Part shown: positions 30,455 through 39,537 of the stretch, one piece after another
Numbering within the stretch: position 1 is the stretch's first letter
Layout: every line of letters starts with the position of its first letter
DNA from: an uncultured delta proteobacterium
GTDB taxonomy: Bacteria > Myxococcota_A > Polyangia > Polyangiales > Polyangiaceae
DNA length: 64,000 bases
Assembly (NCBI GenBank): GCA_963806225.1
Contig: CAWDXG010000004.1
Span: forward strand, 2,112,001 to 2,176,000
Direction of reading: 5' to 3'
The notes under the pieces: model-generated
What the model saw: the letters and a program-made list of their open reading frames with translations, nothing else
What the model was told of the DNA's origin: nothing
The model's database searches: none
Position numbers and translations under genes: made by a program

Positions 30455-32272
30455 ATGCCGCGTCTCCTCCTCGCTACCCCGGAAGGTCAGCAGGTCGTAG
30501 AGCTGCGGGCGCACAACTCCCTCGGCCGCCACCCTTCCAACTCGATCCAGCTCCTCGACAAGATCGTGTCGAAGGAGCACTGCACGATCGAGCAAAGGGA
30601 CGACGGCTTTCACCTCAGGGATCTGGGCAGCCTCAACGGCACGTACATCAACGGCGAGCGCGTCGTCGGCGAGCAGCGCCTGCGCCACGGCGACGACATC
30701 GCGCTCGGCACGACGCGCGCGCGCTTCGACGACGGGTCGGGACAACCGCTCGCGCCTCCGCCATCGGTTGCAGCAGCCCCGGCAGGGCCCCCGGCGTGGC
30801 AGTCGGGCGCCGGCCAGGCGTCAGCACCGGTTCCGGCCAGCCATGTCCCCGCGTCGTCCCACGCTTCGCCTCCGGCGCCACCGGCGTACGCGGAATCCGC
30901 CGCCGTCGCGCGCCGCCCCCTGGGCGTGACGATCGACGACGTGCCGGGCGACCAGATGCCGCCTGTCAACGCCACGCGCGTGGACGTGAACGACCAGGCC
31001 CGCGCGATCGGCACGCAGATCGCCGCCACGCAGAAGGGCTTTCTGCCGTACGAGCAGGTGGCGGGCAATCCCCAGCAGCTGCAGGCCGACTACGAGCGCC
31101 TGCGCCTCAGCCACGAGCTCAGCCGCGAGATCGCGCTCGAACGCGATCTGCCCACGCTCTTGAACAAGATCCTGATGACGATCTTCAAGTTCGTGCGGGC
31201 GGACCGCGGCGTCATCTTCCTGATGGACAGCAACGCCGAGCTGCGCCCCGGCGCAAGCCTGCGCCGCGACGGTACCGACGCACCGATCAGCGTGTCGTCC
31301 ACGATCATGAATCACGTGATCAAGGAGCGGGCCACGGTGCTGACCCACGACGCGGCCATGGATTTCGCCGCATCGAAGGGCAAGAGCATGATCCTGAACC
31401 GGATCAGCTCGGCCATCGTCGCGCCGCTCCTGCACAACGACGAGATCCTCGGCGTGTTGTGGCTCGACAGCGAGACGCTCGCGCAGTTCCAGCCGAAGGA
31501 CATGGAGATCGTGACGAGCATCGCCGCGCAAGCCGGCATGTTTATCGAGATCAACATCCTCGGCAAGAAGATCGAAAAGGAGATCATCAACCGCGAGCGT
31601 TTCAGCCGGCTGCTCTCGCCCAACGTGGCCGAGCGCGTGCTGTCGGGCGAGCTCGAGGTGAAGAAGGGCGGTCAGCTCGTCGAGGAGTGCACCGTCTTCA
31701 ACTCCGACATCCGCGGCTTCACGCGCATGAGCGAAGGCGCACGCCCGGAAGGCATCGTCGAGATGCTCAACGAGTACTTCGAGCAGATGGTCGAGACGCT
31801 GTTCAAGTACGAGGGCACGCTCGACAAGTTCATGGGCGACGGCATCATGGCGCTGTGGGGCGCGCCGGTGGCGCATCCCGACGACGCGCTACGTTGCGTG
31901 AGCTGCGCCATCGAGCAGATGGAAGCGCTCGGCAAGTTCAACAGAAAGCGCATGGAGCTCAACGTCCCGCCGCTGGCCGTGGGCATCGGCGTCCACACCG
32001 GGCCGCTGGTCGCCGGCTACATCGGCAGCTCGAAGGCACTCAGCTACACGGTCATCGGCGACACTGCGAACACCAGTGCGCGGCTGTGCGGCATCGCCTC
32101 CGCAGGGCAGATCCTGGTGAGCGAAGGGACGCTGGCGCGGCTGCAGAACAAGTTCGAGTACGAGGAGCTGCCGCCCGCCCAGCTGAAGGGCAAGGAAAAG
32201 CCCTTCCGCGTCTTCAACGTCAAGAGCTACCGGCCGAGCGCGCAGGTCCCGGCCGCCGTCGAGACTGGTTAG
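30455..32272 (+). CDS. FHA-GAF-class III adenylate/guanylate cyclase
   Basis: FHA (LGRHP, VSKEH, DLGSLNGT), GAF, cyclase SDIRGFT, DKFMGDG, YTVIGDTANTSARL. Confidence 0.93.
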   Translation: MPRLLLATPEGQQVVELRAHNSLGRHPSNSIQLLDKIVSKEHCTIEQRDDGFHLRDLGSLNGTYINGERVVGEQRLRHGDDIALGTTRARFDDGSGQPLAPPPSVAAAPAGPPAWQSGAGQASAPVPASHVPASSHASPPAPPAYAESAAVARRPLGVTIDDVPGDQMPPVNATRVDVNDQARAIGTQIAATQKGFLPYEQVAGNPQQLQADYERLRLSHELSREIALERDLPTLLNKILMTIFKFVRADRGVIFLMDSNAELRPGASLRRDGTDAPISVSSTIMNHVIKERATVLTHDAAMDFAASKGKSMILNRISSAIVAPLLHNDEILGVLWLDSETLAQFQPKDMEIVTSIAAQAGMFIEINILGKKIEKEIINRERFSRLLSPNVAERVLSGELEVKKGGQLVEECTVFNSDIRGFTRMSEGARPEGIVEMLNEYFEQMVETLFKYEGTLDKFMGDGIMALWGAPVAHPDDALRCVSCAIEQMEALGKFNRKRMELNVPPLAVGIGVHTGPLVAGYIGSSKALSYTVIGDTANTSARLCGIASAGQILVSEGTLARLQNKFEYEELPPAQLKGKEKPFRVFNVKSYRPSAQVPAAVETG

Positions 32273-32394
32273 ACCTGTTGGGTTCGCCGGGGGCTCACCG
32301 CCGCCGGCCCGCCCGCGGCCGCAGCGCACTGCCGCTTCGCGTCAATCCACGCGCTCGACTCCCGGGCGGCTTCGCGGCAGGCTTGGCGCTCCCC

Positions 32395-33345
32395 ATGGCC
32401 CACGTCCTCGCCTTCGAACGACCGGTAGTGGAACTGGTCTCGCGCGTGCGCGAGCTCAGGCAGCTCGCCAGCGAGGATCCGCACTTCACCGTCGAGCTCC
32501 GGCGGCTCGAGGACAAGGCGGCCAAGCTGGCGCGCGAGGTCTTCGACAACCTCTCGCCGATGCAGAAGGTGCAGCTCTCGCGGCACCCCAGCCGCCCCTA
32601 CACGCTGGACTACATCTCGCGGCTGTTCAGCGACTGGATCGAGCTCGGGGGCGACCGGCGTTTCGCGGACGACGCCTCGCTGGTGGCAGGGCTCGCGCGC
32701 TACCACGGCCGCAGCGTGGTGGTGATCGGCCACCAGAAGGGGCGCAACACGAAAGAGAACATGCGGCGCAACTTCGGGATGCCGAACCCGGAGGGCTACC
32801 GCAAGGCGATCCGCCTGTACCAGATGGCCGACCGCTTCGGGCTTCCGGTCATCACGTTCATCGATACGCCGGGCGCGTTCCCCGGCATCGAGGCAGAGGA
32901 GCGCGGCCAGAGCGAAGCCATCGGTGCATCGCTCGAGGTCATGGCAGGCCTGGGCGTGCCAGTCGTCACCACGATCATCGGCGAGGGCGGCTCGGGCGGC
33001 GCGCTGGCGCTCGGGGTGGCCAACCGAGTGCTCGTGCTCGAGTTCAGCTACTACTCCGTCATCACGCCGGAGGGCTGCGCCGCGATCCTGTGGAAGAGCG
33101 CGGACAGGGCCGGCGAAGCGGCGGCGCGTCTGAAGATCACCGCGCCCGACCTGCTGGAGCTGGGCGCGGTGGACGCGATCGTCGACGAGCCGGCCGGCGG
33201 CGCCCACCAGGATCACGACGAAGCGGCAAAGCTGCTCGACAGCGCGCTGTTCGAAGCGCTCGTCTCCATGGACGGCCTGTCGCCGGACGAGCTCCGCGAC
33301 GACCGCTACCAGCGCTTCCGTCGTCTCGGGTCGTTCGTCGCCTGA
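32395..33345 (+). CDS. accA: Acetyl-CoA carboxylase carboxyltransferase alpha subunit
   Basis: SRHPSRP, GDRRFADD, NFGMPNPEGYRKA, IDTPGA, GEGGSGGALA. Confidence 0.97.
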   Translation: MAHVLAFERPVVELVSRVRELRQLASEDPHFTVELRRLEDKAAKLAREVFDNLSPMQKVQLSRHPSRPYTLDYISRLFSDWIELGGDRRFADDASLVAGLARYHGRSVVVIGHQKGRNTKENMRRNFGMPNPEGYRKAIRLYQMADRFGLPVITFIDTPGAFPGIEAEERGQSEAIGASLEVMAGLGVPVVTTIIGEGGSGGALALGVANRVLVLEFSYYSVITPEGCAAILWKSADRAGEAAARLKITAPDLLELGAVDAIVDEPAGGAHQDHDEAAKLLDSALFEALVSMDGLSPDELRDDRYQRFRRLGSFVA

Positions 33346-33375
33346 GCGCGCCGCCAGCGCTGCTATCGTCGCCCC

Positions 33376-33777
33376 ATGGCCGGGGCGAAGCGCGCGTGGA
33401 TATACGGGATCGCGCTGGCGATCGCCGGACTGTGCGTCGTCGCGGCGGTCGCAGCGTGGCTGGCCGTCCGGAGCATGGGCGTGCCGCGCGTCAACGCCGA
33501 GCCCATTCCCTCGCCCGACCGGACGAAGCTCCTGGCAACCCGCGTGAACCGGAGCCGCGCCGACCTCACCCGGTACCTCGACGTTGAATTCGACGTCCTC
33601 GACGCGAAGACCGGAGCCGTGCTGTTCCACCGCGTCACCTCGGCCTCTGCCCGGATGCGCTGGTCGATGCGCTGGCTCGACCGCCACGAGATCCAGCTCA
33701 CGAGCTCGGACATCGGAAACCGGTGCTGGCGGGAGGCGTCGAGCGGGACATGGACGTCGACGCCCTGTCCGCCGTGA
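33376..33777 (+). CDS. Hypothetical membrane-anchored protein
   Basis: N-terminal TM helix, SPD...SSDIG small beta domain; good codon bias. Confidence 0.6.
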   Translation: MAGAKRAWIYGIALAIAGLCVVAAVAAWLAVRSMGVPRVNAEPIPSPDRTKLLATRVNRSRADLTRYLDVEFDVLDAKTGAVLFHRVTSASARMRWSMRWLDRHEIQLTSSDIGNRCWREASSGTWTSTPCPP

Positions 33778-33849
33778 TCAGGATCGCAGCCGGTCGGCAG
33801 TGTGCTATGCGGCGAGCAGGGGTGCGCTCTTTCTTCCACGGAGACGACG

Positions 33850-34587
33850 ATGATTGAAGAAGCCATCGAAATCACGACGCCGGACGGCACCAGCAAGGGT
33901 CATGTGTTCCGTCCCGACAGCGGAAGTCATCCGGGCGTGGTGTTCCTGACGGACATCTTCGGCATCCGACAGTCGCAGGACGACATGGCACGCCGGCTTG
34001 CGGGCGCGGGCTACGCGGTGCTCGTGCCAAACATCTTCTACCGCGCCGGCGAGCCGCCCATGTTCAACTTCACGCCGCAGTGGGGCGAGGAGAAGACCAT
34101 GAAGCGCTTCGGCGAACTGCGCGATCCGATCACGCCCGAAGCCATCGAGCGCGACGTGGCAGCCTACGTCGACTTCCTCTCCAAGCGCGAAGGCGTATCG
34201 GAGGCGCCGATGGGAGCGGTGGGCTTCTGCTTCTCGGGCAAGCTGGCGCTCTACGCCGCAGCGCTCCGCCCGGAGCGCGTCGGCGCGGCCGCGTCGTTCC
34301 ACGGCGGACATCTGGCCACCGACGACGAGAAGAGCCCCCACCTGCTCCTGCCCCGCGTCAAGGGGCGACTCTACTTCGGGCACGCGGTCGAGGATCGCAG
34401 CATGCCGAAAGAAGCGATCGAGAAGCTCGCCCAGGCGCTCGCCAAGTGGGGTGGGAAGTACGAGAGCGAGGTCTACGACGGCGCTCGCCACGGCTGGACC
34501 GTTCCGGACAACGGCGCCTACGCGAAGGAGCCCGCCGAGCGCGCCTACAAGAAGCTGACCGAGGTGTTCGCGGCGGCGCTCGGGTAG
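33850..34587 (+). CDS. Dienelactone hydrolase family protein
   Basis: DIFGIR, GFCFSG nucleophile elbow, SFHGG, HGW. Confidence 0.92.
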   Translation: MIEEAIEITTPDGTSKGHVFRPDSGSHPGVVFLTDIFGIRQSQDDMARRLAGAGYAVLVPNIFYRAGEPPMFNFTPQWGEEKTMKRFGELRDPITPEAIERDVAAYVDFLSKREGVSEAPMGAVGFCFSGKLALYAAALRPERVGAAASFHGGHLATDDEKSPHLLLPRVKGRLYFGHAVEDRSMPKEAIEKLAQALAKWGGKYESEVYDGARHGWTVPDNGAYAKEPAERAYKKLTEVFAAALG

Positions 34588-34593
34588 ACGCGC

Positions 34594-35121
34594 CTAGTTG
34601 CAGCCGAGCTTCGGCTTGACCAGGGACACCACCGGCGTGCTGTCGATGCCGCAGTGGTCGGTGCTCTTGTCGGCCGAAGCGTCGATCGGATCCAGCTGCT
34701 CGAGCCCGCACTGTCCGTTGTCGCACACGACGTTGACGGCAGGCGCGATGCAGGCGGTGCACATGTTTTCGCAATAGGGCCACAGGGCCGCGGCGCCGTT
34801 GTCGTAGTCCTGCTTCGAAACCACCTGCGCCTCGTTGACGCAACCGTTGATCACCACGCAGCAGTCCGAGTTCTTCGTGCAGGTGACTGGGCCTTGCGTG
34901 ATGGCGCTCCACTTCGTCGCGTCGCCGTGACACGAGCCTCCGTCCGCACCGCCGCTGCCCGCGGTGCCCCCGCTGCCGGAACTGCCACCGGAACCGGAGC
35001 TTCCGCCCGACGCGCTGCTGCCGCCCGTCCCCCCGCCGCGGCTTGGGCTGCTGTTGCTGCTGCACGCGGCGCCGAGCGGCGCCGCGGAAAGAACGACCAG
35101 GGAACAAAGCCAGATGCGCAT
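34594..35121 (-). CDS. Cys-rich lipoprotein, paralog 1
   Basis: Lipobox GAAC, Gly/Ser linker, CTKNSDCCVVINGC...CDNGQC domain; start 35121 (or 35130). Confidence 0.8.
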   Translation of the reverse strand: MRIWLCSLVVLSAAPLGAACSSNSSPSRGGGTGGSSASGGSSGSGGSSGSGGTAGSGGADGGSCHGDATKWSAITQGPVTCTKNSDCCVVINGCVNEAQVVSKQDYDNGAAALWPYCENMCTACIAPAVNVVCDNGQCGLEQLDPIDASADKSTDHCGIDSTPVVSLVKPKLGCN

Positions 35122-35182
35122 GAGCTTCATGATAGCGGATCGGCACGCGCGGCGCGTGCTCGTACGCCCTGCCAAGGAGCGC

Positions 35183-35692
35183 CTAGTTGCAGCCCAGAAG
35201 CGGCTTGACCGGACCCACAACCGGCGTGCTGTCCACGCCGCAGCGGCTGGTGGTCTTGTCGGCCGAAGCGTCTGCGGGATCAAGCTCTCTCAGCCCGCAC
35301 TGTCCGTTCGAACACACGACGTTGACCGCGGGCACCATGCAGAAGTTGCAGTCGTTGTCGCAGTAGGCCCACTGGTCCGCGATACCGCTATCGTAGTCCT
35401 GCTTCGACACGACCTGCGCCGCGTTGACGCAGCTGTTGATCACCACGCAGCAGTCGGAGTTCCTGGAGCAGGAAATGGTGCCGGTCGCCGCCGCCCACTT
35501 CGTCTTGTCGCCGTGACAGGAGGCGCCCGCTGCGCCGCCGCTGCCAGACGTGCCGCCGTTGCCCGAGCCGCTATCGGCGCCGGCACTGCCGCCGCTCCCG
35601 CCGCTGCCCCCCGGGCTCTTCTCGCTGCTGCTGCAGCCGACAGGGAGTGTCACGATGGAGAACACCACTGAAGCGAGAACCCAGAGCCGCAT
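35183..35692 (-). CDS. Cys-rich lipoprotein, paralog 2
   Basis: Lipobox PVGC, CSRNSDCCVVINSC...CSNGQC domain closely similar to the neighbour; start 35692 (or 35701). Confidence 0.8.
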   Translation of the reverse strand: MRLWVLASVVFSIVTLPVGCSSSEKSPGGSGGSGGSAGADSGSGNGGTSGSGGAAGASCHGDKTKWAAATGTISCSRNSDCCVVINSCVNAAQVVSKQDYDSGIADQWAYCDNDCNFCMVPAVNVVCSNGQCGLRELDPADASADKTTSRCGVDSTPVVGPVKPLLGCN

Positions 35693-35745
35693 GCTCGCCA
35701 TGATAGCCGATCCGCGATCGCATCGAAGGAGTATGATGGCGGATC

Positions 35746-38008
35746 ATGGCTTCGGTGACTGGCTGGGTGAGGGTGCTCGTGCCTGCGGCGCTGCTGATCG
35801 CGGCAGCGTGCGGCAGCTCGAAGAACAACGGCGGCGGCGCGGGCGGCAGCGGTGGCTCCGGCGCGACAGGCGGCGGAGGAGGCACGGGCAACACCGCGCC
35901 GGTGCAACCGGACGCCACCGACTACACCTACAAGCTGAAGGAAAGCACGAGCGCGCTGACGCTGTGGACGACACCGGCGACGCACAAGGTGCTGCCGAAC
36001 GAGCGGGCGCCGAGCGCGACGAAGTCGGGGCTGAAGCTGGCCGCGGCGCGCGGCGAGTTCGAGCCGGCAGAGCTCGTGATCGATCCGGCCGGCGGCAGCG
36101 TGAAGGTGTCGATCGCGAAGTTTTCCGACCTGCCCGCCGGGCAGCGAGTCGCGCTGGCGAGCGTCGGCTACGAGCAGGGCTGGCCGGAGCACCTGACTCC
36201 CCTCGCCCCGGGCAGCCCGGTCACGCTGAGCGGCGCGCAGGCGCAGCCCATCTGGCTCACGGTCTACGTTCCCTACGGCACCACGAAGGGCGATCACACG
36301 ACGACGCTCACGCTCACGCCGGGCTCCGGAGCGGCCATCAACGTGCCCGTCGCGCTGCACGTGTTCGACTTCGACATGCCGAAGGACATCCACTTCGCGA
36401 CGCAGCTCAACGTGGACGTGAAGAGCCTGATCCCCAGCGGCGGCACTACTGAAGACGCCAAGACGCTGCTCTTCGAGCACCGCATGACGCCGAAGAGCGC
36501 CACCTGGCCGAGCGGGCTCGGCTACAACATCACCTGGGACAGCTCCGCCAACCCGCAGCGCTGCAGCGCCTTCTACGACGAGCCGAACGACGGCGCCCAG
36601 TACTCGATCAAGTCGTTGGCGAAGAAGTACATCCTGGGCCAGGGCTGGAACGGCGTCGGCTACCCCAATGCGATGCTGTTCCAGTTCGTGGACAACTCCA
36701 CGCCGCGCCCGACGAGCTTCTGCGGGCAGAGCCTGGGGAGCGACCCCGCGGGCACCCCGGCGTACAACGCCGCCTGGTCGAAGTATCTCGCCGCGCTCGA
36801 CCAGTACATCGTAGCGAACGGCTACGACAAGAAGGCGTACTACTACGTGCAGAACGAGCCGCAGAACGCGGCCGACTACAAGACCGCGGCGGCGCTGTGC
36901 CGGCTGACCAAGGCCGCCGCGCCACACCTGCGCATCGCGATCAGCGAGGAACCGAAGCCGGAAATCGCCGAGGACCCGGGCGGCGCCTGCGGCTACGACA
37001 TCTGGATCGCCCACGTGCGCGCCTACCAGGAGAAGTACGCCTGGCAGCGCCAACGCGACCACGGCGAACAGGTGTGGTTCTACAGCCTGGACCAGGATCC
37101 CGACCCGTACTTCAACCCGACGCGCGTCGACACGCAGGGCATGCACGAGCGCATCATCCCGTGGGTCGCGTGGGGGCGGCGCATCCGCGGCTGGGCGTAC
37201 TACGACGCGGGGCGCTTCTTCGACGGCGCGCAGCCGACCATCCGCGCGGAGCTATTGCGCGAGGGTTTCGAGGACTACGAGTACCTGTGGCTCGCCAACG
37301 GCAAGGCGTATCCGGTGGTGGACCAGGCCGGTCCCGCCGACGCAACGGCCAAGAGCGTCGCTTCGGGGCTTACGAGCTGGACCAAGGACGCCGACGCGTT
37401 GATGGCGTTGCGCTACGAGCTGGGCCGCTACATCGAGGGCTCACGCTCCACGCTGCCGGTGCTCGAGGCGAACAGCAACGTGCGCAAGCGCGGGGCGTAC
37501 TACCTGAACTTCCAGGATCCGAAAGGCCAGCCCGCGGCAAGCCCGCTGGTCGTGGGCGGCCACACCTACATGAAGATCGGCTGGGACCCGTGGGACGACA
37601 AGAAGGGCTACGGCTGGAGCGGGCAGTACATCAAGGATCCGTCCATCGCGCTCTTCGGCTTCGACAGCGTGTCCGGCTTCCCCGTCACGCAGCAGAGCTA
37701 CGTCTACGACGACTACGGCCGCGACAACCTGTTCGAGTTCGCGATCGAGAACGGCAAGTACACCGTGACCGTCGCCGTCGGCCGGCCGGCGAAGGGCTAC
37801 CCGAACGACCCGCACAATCTCTCGGTCGAGGGCACGAAGCTCGTGGACGACGAAGTGACGACTGACGCCCAGCCCGTCATCGTCAAGAGCACCACCGTCG
37901 ACCTCACCGACGGCGCGATTCTCGTTCGTGGTAGGCGGCAAATCCGCCAAGACCGGCGACTACGCCTACACGTTCCTCGACTCGATCGACATCGAGCCGG
38001 CGAACTGA
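35746..38008 (+). CDS. Glycoside hydrolase-like lipoprotein (GH123/DUF4091-like); apparent +1 frameshift near 37920
   Basis: Lipobox AAAC, LAAARGEFEPAELVI, QPIWLTVYVP, IRAELLREGFEDYEY (DUF4091-like); C-terminus continues SFVVGGKSAKTGDYAYTFLDSIDIEPAN* in another frame. Confidence 0.72.
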
Positions 38009-38080
38009 GCCGCGCCGCGCGGACCGGCGCGCCCCCTTTTGACGGTGAAGGACCTCGTGGGTAGCCTGGAAGTGGCAGGG

Positions 38081-39530
38081 ATGATGAGGAGAGCTCTCTG
38101 CAAGACCCGTGTCTCGGTCTGCTTCGCAGCTCTTTTCGGCTGCGCGCTGCCGACGCTGGCTTGCTCCGGCGGCGAGCAGAGCGCGGGGCCGGGACACGCC
38201 TCCGATGCCGGACCTGGAGCGGACGGAAGCGCCCTGTCTATTTCCAGCCTCGCGGCCGTGGAAACCCCCAATAACGTCCTGGCGTTCGACGTTCTCGTGG
38301 AGCTCGTCGCTGGCAGCCGATACCGCGCTCGATGTCGCGTGCAACGGTCTGGAACCCTGGACGATCTCCGACCCCACGCCGACGACGAAGCACCATGTCT
38401 TCCTGATGGGGCTCGCCACCGGCAGAGCCTGCACGCTCACCGCCGGGTCGTCGGCAGGAAAGGCGAGTGCCAGCGAGAAGACGACGATCGACGTCGGCGA
38501 CCTGCCCGACTTTCTGCCGCAGGTCGAGCTCTCGGTGCCACCGACCCAACAGGCCGCCGGGGGCTGGACGCTCGTGAATCTGTCGAACACGCGCCTCGGC
38601 ATCCAGTACACCGTGGCACTCCTGGACGAGCAGGGACGCTACCGCTGGTACTATCAGTTCCCCAGCATCTACTCGGGCTCGGACACACCCGTCATCCCGT
38701 ACGAGGACGGCGTGGTGTTCGGCGGCGACGAGCTGCCCATGGCGTACGTGACCTGGCAGGGCGAGCTCGTGTGGCAGGGCGCGTACGGCAACCACGAGGT
38801 CCGGCCTGCGGAAACGCCGGGGGACTTCTACTACATCACGGACAGCAACTGCGACTCGCTGACGAATGGCACGTCCGCCGTGGCCGAGTACAGTTCCGCG
38901 GCTGTCCACCGGATCTGGCTGTGGAAGCTCTGCGATCACTACACGCCGCCCCAGGACGTGCCCGACTGGTCCCACATGAACACGGTGGCACTGTTCCCGG
39001 ACCCCACGTTCCTGATCGCCTCGTCACGGAACCAGAACTCGATCTTCAAGATCAAGCGCGCCACCGGGGACTTGATCTGGGTGATGGGCTACCACGGCGA
39101 GGTGGAGGACGGTTTCCACGGCGACTTCACCATCCCGGACACCGACCGCTTCTACCACCAGCACGACACGACCGTGCTACCGAACGGGCACATCCTGATG
39201 TTCGACAACGGGCGGGCCGGTGTCCGCAAGTGGAGCCGCGCGCTCGAGCTCGCGTACACCTACGATCCATCCGGCACGAGCGAGGCCCACGCCGTCTGGC
39301 AGTTCCGTCACGACCCGGATATCTTCGCCCGCATCTGGGGTGGCACGCAGCGGCTCGACAACGGCAATACGCTCGTCTGTTTCGGCTCGATCGATCTGGG
39401 CACGCAAACGACGATCAGCGAGGTCTCGAGCGCCTCGAAACCGGTATGGGAAGTCCGGATGCCCCCGTACTGGGGCGTGTATCGCGCTCGCCGCATGACA
39501 ACCCGGCCGCGCGGCGCGGTCATCCTCTGA
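38081..39530 (+). CDS. Arylsulfotransferase (ASST)-family lipoprotein; apparent +1 frameshift near 38293
   Basis: Lipobox TLAC in one frame; NHE, DWSHMN, SSRNQN, HQHD, MFDNG, QRLDNGNTL, YRA in the next frame. Confidence 0.8.
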
Positions 39531-39537
39531 CACCGGC

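Noticed and set aside
30235..32394. Apparent 1036-aa AccA fusion
   Set aside because: Upstream part is an Arg-rich off-frame overlap of the cyclase gene; AccA starts at 32395
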